A DNA stretch of 63,315 nucleotides, counting the filler, from an uncultured bacterium (GTDB lineage: Bacteria > CAZSTA01), in assembly GCA_964609495.1 (NCBI GenBank). It is 18 parts of 18 records of this genome, joined end to end, with 100 filler letters (N's around TTAATTAATTAA, not from the genome) between each part and the next. Parts side by side here need not be neighbours in the genome. Positions count along the whole stretch, not along the records: positions 22,585 to 26,175 come from CAZSTA010000274.1; positions 26,276 to 29,851 come from CAZSTA010000275.1; positions 29,952 to 33,525 come from CAZSTA010000276.1; 15 more parts are not named here. One strand, given 5' to 3'. The notes beneath the pieces were generated by a model. That model had not been told where the DNA came from. It was given only the letters and a program-made list of their open reading frames with translations, and made no database searches. How positions within the stretch are numbered: the stretch's first letter is position 1; each line of letters starts with the position of its first letter. Below are positions 23,075-31,838 of this stretch, piece by piece. The translations under genes were made by a program, and so were the position numbers.

Positions 23075-23150
23075 GGTTAGCCACTATCTCAAGTGGGTAA
23101 TTTTATAATATAGAGGGGGAGATCCTCTCCTCTATTGGGAGGGATAAGTT

Positions 23151-23510
23151 TTGGATAAGACGATCTTAATTGTAGATGATGAGGAGAACATCCGTCTTCT
23201 TTATGAGGAGGAGCTTACTGAGGAAGGTTATAACGTCATTTTAGCTAAGGATGGAGAGGAAGCCTTGGCTAAGATTAAAGAGGGTAAGCCTGATCTAGTT
23301 ACTCTGGATATTAAGATGCCGGGAATGGATGGGTTGGAGCTTTTGAGTCATATAAGGGAGGAGGATAAGGACCTTCCCGTGATTATGTGCACAGCCTATG
23401 GGGATTATAAACGCGATTTCACCGTTTGGGCTGCCGACGCTTATATAATTAAATCCGCTGATCTAAGCGACTTGAAGACTGAGATCAGAGAATTGTTATC
23501 CAACCGATAG
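23151..23510 (+). CDS. Single-domain response regulator
   Basis: ILIVDDE, LDIKMP, CTA, IIK. Confidence 0.93.
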   Translation: MDKTILIVDDEENIRLLYEEELTEEGYNVILAKDGEEALAKIKEGKPDLVTLDIKMPGMDGLELLSHIREEDKDLPVIMCTAYGDYKRDFTVWAADAYIIKSADLSDLKTEIRELLSNR

Positions 23511-23530
23511 ACCCCTTTCTCCCAACATCG

Positions 23531-23582
23531 AAAAAAGGGAACTTTTGCTGAATCCCATAAAACTCAAGGTTCAAAAGTTCCT
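23531..23582 (+). repeat. Palindromic mini-element family B (about 51 bp), intergenic copy
   Basis: AAAAGGGAACTTTTG...AAAACTCAAGGTTCAAAAGTTCC, matching copies at 48802 and 60241. Confidence 0.8.
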
Positions 23583-23604
23583 AATTAACAGAGAGGTGAG
23601 TAAG

Positions 23605-26106
23605 ATGAAAGCGGTGATTATGGCTGGAGGTTTTGGGACTAGGCTTAGACCTCTAACCAATAACATCCCTAAACCTATAGTTCCTTTAGTAAATAAACCT
23701 GTTATGGAGCATATTATCGACCTTCTGCGGGAACAGGATATCAAGGATATAGTGGTGATCCTTTATCACCAGCCAGAGATCATAGAGACTTACTTCGGAG
23801 ATGGGTCGGATTTCGGGGTTAATATATCTTATGTAGCCGCCGAGAGGGATCTAGGGACCGCGGGTAGCGTCAGGAATGCCGAGGAATATCTTAAGGACAC
23901 CTTTTTGATCATGAGCGGCGATGTCCTCACTGATTTCGATCTGAACGAGGTAATAGATTTCCATCGAAAGAAGGGGGCGATGGCTACCGTCAATTTGACC
24001 CGAGTCGAGGATCCTTCAGCCTACGGAGTCGTTATCACCGATGATGATGGTCGCATTCGCCGCTTTTTGGAGAAGCCCAGTTGGGGAGAGGTCTTCTCCG
24101 ATACGGTGAACACTGGTATATATATCTTGGAGCCTGAGGTCTTGAAGTATGTGCCTCCGCAGGAGAACTTCGACTTCAGTAAGGACTTGTATCCTATCTT
24201 ACTGGAGAATGGAGACCCTTTATTGGGCTACGTGGCAGGTGGCTATTGGAAGGATATAGGGGATCTCATCCAATATCGAAGGGCTCATTATGATATCTTA
24301 GAGGGCAAGGTAAAGGTGGTCGATATACCTGGGGAAGAGATTAGGAGAGGAGTCTGGGTCGGCCGAGGGGTTGATATCGATCCTACGGCGCGAATCTATC
24401 CTCCAGCGATCGTCGGGGATAATGTGAGGATCAAAGAGGAGGCTCAAATCAACGAATTGACGGTGATCGGAGCTAATAGTATTATTGGTCGGGAGGCCTC
24501 TCTCAGTCGAAGTATTATTTGGAATAATGTTTTCATAGGAGATAGAGCGGAATTAAGGGGATGTGTTATAGGACGCCATTGTAACATCAGAGAGGGGACA
24601 TCGATAGATGAAGGGGCGGCCATCTCTGATGAGTGCACGTTGGGCAAGGAAAGTATCATCAAATCGAACGTCAAGATCTGGCCGGGCAAGGTAGTTGATA
24701 GCGGAGCAACGGTAACTATGAGCCTCGTCTGGGGAGGGGAGGGGTCGAAAACCCTATTCAAGCAGAGGGGGATAACGGGGCTCTCCAACATAGAGATATC
24801 TCCTGATTTCGCGGCTAAATTGGGGGCGGCTTACGGCACTATGCTCGATAAATCCGCTTTAGTATTGACTGGTCGAGGTCCTCACCGTTCAGCAAGAATG
24901 ATAAAGAGAGCTATAATAGCCGGACTTTTATCGGCGGGGATAAACGTTTGCGATCTGAGGACAACTCCCACATCTCTACTTCAACATCAGATTAAGAGCA
25001 AGAATGCAGCCGGGGGAGTGCATGTCAGGATATCGCCCGATGACCCTCACTTAGTCGATATCAGGTTCTTCGATGCTAGGGGGATAGACAGCGATAAATC
25101 GACTGAGAGGAAGATAGAGACGCTCTTCTTCAGAGAGGATTATCGAAGGGTATATTCCGAGGAGGTGGGGCAGATAACTCACGCTCCTTATGCGATCGAT
25201 TACTATTCCGAGGATCTTCTCAAATCTATCGATATCTCTTTGATCAAGAGCAGAAAATTTAAGGTTGTGATCGATTATGCGTATGGTAGCTCTTCTTTTA
25301 TATCTCCTTCTATTCTGGGCAAACTAGACTGTGAAGTAGTAGCTCTAAACGCCTATGTAGATGAAGCCAGGATATCGAAGACCAAGTCTGCTTTCCTCGC
25401 CGAATTGGAACAAGTGGGGAGTATAGTTCGCACCTTGAAAGCTGATATGGGAGTGGTAATGGATCCTAGCGCAGAGCAGTTGTTCTTGATTGATGAGAAG
25501 GGGAGGAGGCTTTCCGATTATTCCGCCTTAGCTTTAGCTTCTCTTTTGATCCTAAAGGCAGAGGAAGGGGGAACTATCGCCATTCCAGTTACTGTTCCTA
25601 GCTATATTGAGGAAATAGCCTCCTCATACGGAGGTAAAGTTATCAGGACTCAGGCTAATCCCCGCTCTCTTATGATGGCGGCGGCGAAGGAAAGGGTGGT
25701 CTTCGCCGGCGATGGTAAAGGGGGCTTTATCTTCCCCAATGGAGTATCAGTATTTGATGCGATTTTCTCTTTCGTGAAGCTTTTCGAGTTGATCGCTAAG
25801 GAAGGGAAGGCGGTCTCAGAGATAGTGGAGCTTTTCCCTCCCATTCATATAGCGATGAAGATTATTCCTTGCCCGTGGGAGCTTAAGGGTAAAGTTATGA
25901 GGAAGACTATGGAGGATTCCAGAGATCGCACTACTGAATTGATCGATGGGGTCAAGATCTATCACGATCATAGTTGGATCTTGGTTCTTCCTGATGCTGA
26001 TGAGCCATTAGTGCGCGTCTATGGAGAGGCGGAATCGGACGAGAGTCGAGATGCGCTTTTAGATGAATATGTGAACAGGATAGAGAAGGTAGTGAACGGC
26101 GATTAG
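23605..26106 (+). CDS. Mannose-1-phosphate guanylyltransferase / phosphomannomutase-like fusion
   Basis: AGGFGTRLRPLT, EKP, hexapeptide repeats, C-terminal PGM/PMM fold; ATG 23605 after GAGGTG. Confidence 0.9.
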   Translation: MKAVIMAGGFGTRLRPLTNNIPKPIVPLVNKPVMEHIIDLLREQDIKDIVVILYHQPEIIETYFGDGSDFGVNISYVAAERDLGTAGSVRNAEEYLKDTFLIMSGDVLTDFDLNEVIDFHRKKGAMATVNLTRVEDPSAYGVVITDDDGRIRRFLEKPSWGEVFSDTVNTGIYILEPEVLKYVPPQENFDFSKDLYPILLENGDPLLGYVAGGYWKDIGDLIQYRRAHYDILEGKVKVVDIPGEEIRRGVWVGRGVDIDPTARIYPPAIVGDNVRIKEEAQINELTVIGANSIIGREASLSRSIIWNNVFIGDRAELRGCVIGRHCNIREGTSIDEGAAISDECTLGKESIIKSNVKIWPGKVVDSGATVTMSLVWGGEGSKTLFKQRGITGLSNIEISPDFAAKLGAAYGTMLDKSALVLTGRGPHRSARMIKRAIIAGLLSAGINVCDLRTTPTSLLQHQIKSKNAAGGVHVRISPDDPHLVDIRFFDARGIDSDKSTERKIETLFFREDYRRVYSEEVGQITHAPYAIDYYSEDLLKSIDISLIKSRKFKVVIDYAYGSSSFISPSILGKLDCEVVALNAYVDEARISKTKSAFLAELEQVGSIVRTLKADMGVVMDPSAEQLFLIDEKGRRLSDYSALALASLLILKAEEGGTIAIPVTVPSYIEEIASSYGGKVIRTQANPRSLMMAAAKERVVFAGDGKGGFIFPNGVSVFDAIFSFVKLFELIAKEGKAVSEIVELFPPIHIAMKIIPCPWELKGKVMRKTMEDSRDRTTELIDGVKIYHDHSWILVLPDADEPLVRVYGEAESDESRDALLDEYVNRIEKVVNGD

Positions 26107-26275
26107 AAAAGGGGACTTTTGGTTTTTGCTGAATTAATAAGGCTATCAAAGAATCTTGTTAATTATCACCCTCCCNNNNNNNNNNNNNNNNNNNNNNNNN
26201 NNNNNNNNNNNNNNNNNNNTTAATTAATTAANNNNNNNNNNNNNNNNNNNNNNNNNNNNNNNNNNNNNNNNNNNN

Positions 26276-27339
26276 TAATCCTATATTTAGGATATTTATG
26301 GCTGCATTCTGGTCTCTATCAATTGATATACCACATCCTGGGCAATCGAATACTCTCTTATGTAAAGGTGTCTCTTGAACATACCCACAATTACTGCAAG
26401 TTTTACTCGTGGGTTCAAATCGTCCTATTACAACAAAATGCTTTCCATTCCATAAAGATTTATACTCAAGCTGCCTTCTAAATTCATACCAGGAAACATC
26501 TGCAATCGACTTTGCTAAATGATGATTCTTCATCATCCCCTGGACATTCAAATTCCCCAAGACATACCCCGAATACTTGGCTATCATATCCGAAGTGGTC
26601 TGGTGTAAAAAGTCTAACCTGCAATTCCTTATCTTTCTATGAATCTTTTGAACTTTCCTCCTCTGTCTATACCTATTCTTACTTCCTTTCTGCTTAATCT
26701 CCTCTGCTCCCTGGCTAACTTTTTCTCGTATCTCCTTAGATATTTGGGATTCTTGATTACTGTCCCATCTGATAAAACTGCAAACTCCTTTAGTCCTACA
26801 TCTATACCTACTAGGTTATTAACTTCCTTCTCCTTATCAGGTATCTCTACTTCACAAGTTACCGAGCAATACCACTGATCTCCATCTTGAGTTATCGTGA
26901 TATGCTTGGGCTTGCCTTGTAATGCTCTATACTTTCTCCATCTCACCCAACCCACCTTGGGAATATAAACTGCTCCTCTCCTTAGCTTCCATCTCTGAGG
27001 AATTGTAAAACTATCTCTCATCTTACTTTTTGCCTTGAATTTCGGAAATCCTCTATCATTCTCGAAACAATCTCTTAACGCTTTATCTAAGTGTAATGCT
27101 ACCTGCTGTAAGGACTGAGAAAATGAAAGGGTTAAAAAGCCATATTCCTCCTTCATCTTCGGAATAGAAAGAATCATCTCACGAGCAAATTTGAACTTAC
27201 CTGTCCGCTTGTAATGTTCAATATTATCTTCTAAAAGGTAATTCCAAAGAAATCTTGCATTACCACCATGCTGTAAAAGCATCTGTCCTTGCTCTTCGGT
27301 TGGATACAGCCGATATCTAAATCCCTTTAGAATCTTCAT
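26276..27339 (-). pseudogene. tnpB: TnpB (IS200/IS605) with frameshift near 26685, 3' end cut by contig
   Basis: YRLYPT, RuvC-I GIDVG, Zn finger CSNC/CPGC, DRDQNAA; split over two frames; RuvC-II reads LGNL instead of E(D/N)L. Confidence 0.9.
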
Positions 27340-27358
27340 TTCTTCTTAGCTACCTTTC

Positions 27359-27408
27359 GTGCCAATTCATCCCCGAGGCAAGCATCGGGGTCTTCTTGGC
27401 ACAATTTT
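27359..27408 (-). mobile_element. IS200/IS605 end upstream of tnpB
   Basis: TTCAT-CCCCGA-ggcaagca-TCGGGG hairpin inside a GTGCCAA/TTGGCAC stem. Confidence 0.75.
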
Positions 27409-27529
27409 ATAACTTTTCAGTCTGGGATAAGTTGGGCATTCTCATTCCGAAATAGGGAGAAGGGCAATTTAGATTTTTTCTGCTCTTTTCTTTGAGCAGG
27501 AAGAGTAGAAGGGCGCCTCAAAAAAGAAA

Positions 27530-27604
27530 TGGCTCCCCGGGCAGGACTCGAACCTGCAACCAACCGGTTAACAGCCGGTTGCTCTGCCATTGAGCTACCG
27601 AGGA
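27530..27604 (-). tRNA. tRNA-Asn (GTT)
   Basis: TCCTCGG...CTGTTAA...GGTTCGAGTCC...CCGGGGAGCCA cloverleaf with encoded CCA. Confidence 0.98.
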
Positions 27605-27619
27605 GCATTGGCTAGTTAT

Positions 27620-27648
27620 ATTATAATATATTTTGCTTGCTTTGGCAA
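27620..27648 (-). promoter_or_regulatory. tRNA-Asn promoter
   Basis: TTGCCA-17-TATAAT. Confidence 0.75.
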
Positions 27649-27680
27649 GAGGATTCTTAAAATTTTGGGCAAATATTTAT

Positions 27681-28023
27681 AAAAAACGGCGTGAAAACCC
27701 CTACTCTTGCGGTAGGGGATGAAACGCCTAGCAGATATAGGTGTTCCATCCCCGCGATTGTAGAAGGCTAACATAGAGCCTTCTTTACTCCACCTTGCGG
27801 TGGGTTGGTCCTCATCGGGGGGTTAAGGAGGGTTTTTAAGCTCGACAGCACTGTTCCTACCTCACAGAACTGTTTAACCATCAAGCCACAGAGCGGAAAG
27901 CTTGAGGAGCACTCGCCGGTGTGTATATATCTCACCCTCTTAACTGCTACTAACTTGCGTTAGTCCCCTAATCAACGTAGGCTTGTCCTTCAAGCCTCGC
28001 CCTTTATGGGCGGGGTCGTTGAC
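27681..28023 (-). mobile_element. Non-autonomous IS200/IS605 (iscB-type) element without an ORF
   Basis: Starts GTCAACGACCCCGCCC-ataaa-GGGCG; ends TTCATCCCCTAC-cgcaaga-GTAGGGGTTTTC; 343 bp, no coding frame. Confidence 0.8.
27760..28023 (-). ncRNA. omegaRNA / HEARO-like RNA, standalone
   Basis: Ordered motifs GTCAAC, GTTGATTAG, CACACC, TGCTCCTCAAG, CTCTGTG, TTAAACAG, TAACCCCCCGATGAGG with many hairpins; recognised by eye, 3' end approximate. Confidence 0.8.
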
Positions 28024-28074
28024 GCTGGCAAACTAGATTATAGTGGATATTTTTAAGCAGGAATAGAAATCGGT

Positions 28075-28103
28075 TTGTTATATCTACCTTATTTTGATAT
28101 AAT
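28075..28103 (+). promoter_or_regulatory. Promoter of HTH/coiled-coil gene
   Basis: TTGTTA-17-TATAAT with extended TG. Confidence 0.6.
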
Positions 28104-28128
28104 GACATAAGAAAGGGGTTGTCTACTT

Positions 28129-28620
28129 ATGTCCACTTATGATGTCACCAATTATCGACTAACTGTAAAGCAAGCAGCAGAGATGCTAAATGTATCAGTA
28201 AGAACTATTAGAAGATGGGTCAAGAAAGGGAAACTGTCATCAATACTTGTCCCTGGTAAGAAACGGCAAGAAATAAGACTATCAGAGAAAGAAGTGCTGA
28301 ATCTTAAAGGTGATCGTGAGGTGACAAGTCCAGATATAGAAGTGACAAAAGATGACATTGTCACCAATGATGTCAGGACAACTGAATTTAAGGAGTTACT
28401 AAATCGTTATGAGAACTTAGTTTTTCAATTAGGACAGCTTCAAAGTCAAGTTGTCCACATTAAGGAACTAGAGGCTGAAGCTCAATCACTTCGAGAAAGA
28501 GAAAAATTATTAGAAGAGGAGAACAAGAGATTAAGAGAGGAACTAGAGAAGGCAAAGCGATCATGGTGGCAGAAGCTAAAGTCGTGGTGGAGAAAAGAAG
28601 ATTTGAAGACAAAATTTTGA
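28129..28620 (+). CDS. MerR/excisionase-type HTH protein with coiled coil and WW tail
   Basis: LTVKQAAEMLNVSVRTIRRWVKKGKL; heptad region; RSWWQKLKSWW. Confidence 0.85.
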   Translation: MSTYDVTNYRLTVKQAAEMLNVSVRTIRRWVKKGKLSSILVPGKKRQEIRLSEKEVLNLKGDREVTSPDIEVTKDDIVTNDVRTTEFKELLNRYENLVFQLGQLQSQVVHIKELEAEAQSLREREKLLEEENKRLREELEKAKRSWWQKLKSWWRKEDLKTKF

Positions 28621-28710
28621 GGAAAGTGAGTTGGAAACTGGATTTTCAGTTTAGCTTTAAATGTGAAACTATAGATAATTCAAATATACTCGCGCGCATT
28701 CAAATATAAA

Positions 28711-28866
28711 CTAAGGCAATACATAATAAGCTCCTCCTGGGGGATTCCCAAGCATCTTTAATTTACCCTGCTTGCACATTCTACTCAATAGTCGGTATGC
28801 TTGGTTTCCATTCAACTTGCATAATTCTATAACTTCAGCCCGCTTAATCTGACCATGCTTCTTCAC
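28711..28866 (-). pseudogene. C-terminal winged-helix fragment of a gene interrupted by the iscB element (AlbA_2/RecG-C-like)
   Basis: Translates VKKHGQIKRAEVIELCKLNGNQAYRLLSRMCKQGKLKMLGNPPGGAYYVLP* and begins exactly at the element end. Confidence 0.65.
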
Positions 28867-29851
28867 GATCTCTCCACAGGAAGCCCACGATCTTTAGTCG
28901 TGGGAGGAAGGTGAAGATAATGAATCTGCCAACCACTAATTCTCTGAATTAATCTCATGCATCTCCAAGATTTACTTTTAATGATTCTTTTCCCATCAGT
29001 ATCTTTTAAATCAAAATAGCCACTCTTTCTAACAGCTACTCTTCCTCTCCATATACCTTTATATTTACCCTTTGGCACAATTGCTATAACTTGATCCCCA
29101 GTTTGAAATCCGAAGTAAAACTTTATTCTACCTCTATGAGATTTCGGGAAACCTTTATCTGTATTAGCAATTCTTCTATGTCCTCTCCCTATCGCCTTCC
29201 ATATACAGAGAAAAGTGGTCTTAATATCAATCCTAACAGGCATATTACCAACACATAGAGCGTCATAGTAGTGAGTCTTAGGAAATCCCCTTTCTATCCT
29301 TTGCTTCTTTGTCCTTCCTCCCGTGGCACACTCTACCTTATACCCCAACAAACAAAGCTCCTCATAAAGCCTCCACCTGGTAGCATTTATCATCGCAGCA
29401 TCTTTAAGAGGCTTCTTAGCCAGACTTTGTATCTCGGAATGTCCAAACTCTTCTGCTATCCTGTTCCCCTTCTTCCTATTACACTTCTTGCAAGCTATTG
29501 TCAGGTTGCTTACCTTATCTGTCCCACCTCGACTCTTCGGGACTATATGATCTACCTCAAGAGGAACATTTTCTATCCCACAGTAAGCACACTTTCGACC
29601 CCATTTCTCTAGCAGATACTCTCTGACTTCATAACCGAAAAGTTCCCCCCTCTGATACTCAACCCCTCTAATCTCAGGATTCTCCATAAGCTGAGTATCG
29701 AACTTGACATGCTCGGTGCTTATCTCCTTAATCGGTAATAACCTTGATAACTTCTTAACTAAATTGATAGTCTGATCTACTCTGGCCTGCAACGAGGGAG
29801 GTAACCATCCTTCTTTACGCTTACGATTAAGGAAACGAGCTTTTCTATATC
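28863..29851 (-). CDS. iscB: IscB RNA-guided endonuclease, 5' truncated
   Basis: YRKARFLNR..GWLPPSL, RuvC-II E.VKFD, HNH CAYC..EVDHIVP..SNL..CKKCN, RuvC-III HYYDA; end hairpin CCCACGA/TCGTGGG at 28884-28904. Confidence 0.95.
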
Positions 29852-29951
29852 NNNNNNNNNNNNNNNNNNNNNNNNNNNNNNNNNNNNNNNNNNNNTTAAT
29901 TAATTAANNNNNNNNNNNNNNNNNNNNNNNNNNNNNNNNNNNNNNNNNNNN

Positions 29952-30018
29952 AAGGGCTTTGGTTCAATCTCAGTTTTCCCTCTCCCCTCGTGGGAGAGGG
30001 ATAGGGAGAGGGGGAATT
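29952..30018 (+). repeat. REP-like repeat family A with GTTCAATCTCAG linker
   Basis: Matches copies at 40437 and 63211; at contig start. Confidence 0.9.
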
Positions 30019-30187
30019 AGTCTTTAACTCCCTAACGAAGAACTAAGAATATGATACCCCCGATTATAAGTTCAAAAACCAAAAGGGAGGAGGATATAGA
30101 GAGATAGGATAAGGGGGAAGGAAAGAGCAATCTTATCACACTAATTTCAGAGGAATTCAATAGACTTTAAGGTTGGAGGGTCGCTGA

Positions 30188-30874
30188 TTGATCCAGATAT
30201 ACGATGTAACTCACATCTATAATAATGGAGCGGTAGGCTTAGCCGATGTTACCATCCGCATTCGTCCGGGCGAATTTGTCTTCCTTATCGGCCCTTCGGG
30301 AGCGGGTAAAACCACCTTTCTGCGTCTGATAAATCATCGTATAAAGCCCACCCGAGGTCATGTCTTGATCAAGGGGAAGAATCTAAATAAGCTATCTCCT
30401 AACAGTATCGCTCGCTTAAGACAGAGGATAGGATTTGTCTTCCAAGATTTCAAACTCCTACCGGATAGGAATGTATATGATAATATAGCCTTTGTCCAAC
30501 GAGTGATCGGATTATCTGAGGATAAGATCAGATACAGGGTCTTTGCGGTTCTCTCCTTCGTCAAGCTAAGCCATAAGATTCGGGAGATGCCTCATAACCT
30601 CTCAGGAGGAGAGCAACAAAGGATAGCTTTAGCTAGAGCTTTGGTGAATGGGCCTGATATCCTCCTTTTGGATGAGCCGACTGGAAATCTCGATCCTGAT
30701 ATCTCTTATGAGCTTATCAAACTCGTATCTGATATCAATCGCTATAGAACAACCGTGGTGATGGTTACTCATAATAAGGATATAGTCAATCGTTTTAGAA
30801 AAAGGGTGGTGACTTTGAGAGAGGGCCGAATTATAAGAGATGAGGGAGAGGGGAGATACAGCCTTGGCCCGTAA
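30188..30874 (+). CDS. ftsE: Cell division ATP-binding protein FtsE
   Basis: GPSGAGKT, VFQDFKLL, LSGGEQQR, DEPTGNLD; precedes ftsX. Confidence 0.93.
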   Translation: MIQIYDVTHIYNNGAVGLADVTIRIRPGEFVFLIGPSGAGKTTFLRLINHRIKPTRGHVLIKGKNLNKLSPNSIARLRQRIGFVFQDFKLLPDRNVYDNIAFVQRVIGLSEDKIRYRVFAVLSFVKLSHKIREMPHNLSGGEQQRIALARALVNGPDILLLDEPTGNLDPDISYELIKLVSDINRYRTTVVMVTHNKDIVNRFRKRVVTLREGRIIRDEGEGRYSLGP

Positions 30875-31805
30875 GATAAGTGGCAGATTTCGTAGAATGT
30901 TCAGAGCTTTGAAGATGATACCTAGGAATATGAGGTATTATTTTAAGGAGGCTTGGCGGAATTTCTGGCGCAGTCAACTTATGACTCTTGCTACGGTTAC
31001 TACGATCAGTGTCTCCCTTATAGTTTTAGGAGCGGTCTATTTAATAGCTCTTAATTTAGATATCCTGTCTGCTTCGTTGGAATCTCAGATCGAAATCACA
31101 GTTTATCTCAAGGATGGGCTATCCGATGAACATACCAATCGCCTCTTTCAGACGCTGCAGGGTTGGAAGGAGATAAAGGATGTGGAATATGTCTCTAAGG
31201 AGAAAGCTTTATTCCGAATGAAAGAGGAGCTAGGAGAGCAGAGAACTCTATTGGAGGATTTGGGGGAAAATCCCCTCCCAGCATCTTTAGAGATAGAACT
31301 TGTAGATTCTCGACAAGCAAAGATTATGAAGACAAGATTAGAGGAGATGGTCGGTGTTGAGGATGTTGTTTATGGAGAAGAGTGGATAGAGCAACTATTG
31401 AATATCACTAGCTTGATAAGGATGGGAGGAGGAGTTGCAGTAGGGCTTCTATTCGTTACCTCCCTTTTGATAATCTATAATGCCATAAGGGTGAGTGTCT
31501 TCGCTAGGCGTCAAGAGATAGACATTATGCAATTGGTGGGCGCCTCCTCTTGGTTTGTTCGCTGGCCTTTTCTTATCGAGGGGTTAATGCAAGGGCTTGT
31601 GGGGTCATTGATAGCAGGTAGCATCCTATATTTCTCTTATATTTATGTATCAAATAGGATAATCGGGGTTCTTCCCTTTCTCCCAATAATGAACGATAAG
31701 AGGGAGTTACTTCTTCTTATCATAGCTATCTTAGTTTTGGGCAGTTTACTCGGTCTTATAGGAAGTTTTTTCTCTTCAAATAAGTTTCTAAAGGAACAGT
31801 GGTGA
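30840..31805 (+). CDS. ftsX: Cell division permease FtsX (start uncertain)
   Basis: ENPLPAS, RRQEIDIMQLVGA, PFLIEG. Confidence 0.93.
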   Translation: MRERGDTALARKISGRFRRMFRALKMIPRNMRYYFKEAWRNFWRSQLMTLATVTTISVSLIVLGAVYLIALNLDILSASLESQIEITVYLKDGLSDEHTNRLFQTLQGWKEIKDVEYVSKEKALFRMKEELGEQRTLLEDLGENPLPASLEIELVDSRQAKIMKTRLEEMVGVEDVVYGEEWIEQLLNITSLIRMGGGVAVGLLFVTSLLIIYNAIRVSVFARRQEIDIMQLVGASSWFVRWPFLIEGLMQGLVGSLIAGSILYFSYIYVSNRIIGVLPFLPIMNDKRELLLLIIAILVLGSLLGLIGSFFSSNKFLKEQW

Positions 31806-31838
31806 AATCGACATCGCATCAAAAAGGGGTGAAAGATT

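Noticed and set aside
23545-23604. N-terminal extension on the mannose-1-phosphate guanylyltransferase
   Set aside because: Translation of the family B element; the RBS supports ATG 23605.
24750-26106. PMM domain lacking the catalytic SHN serine motif (GVHVR)
   Set aside because: A degenerate PMM domain is a known feature of this fusion family.
26106-26130. AAAAGGGGACTTTTGG as a family B copy
   Set aside because: Only one arm is present, without the ACTCAAG core or right end.
27417-27608. 63-aa ORF over tRNA-Asn and 64-aa ORF antisense to rnpB (18941-19135)
   Set aside because: Shadow ORFs over RNA genes; the other short antisense ORFs in the track were also treated as shadows.
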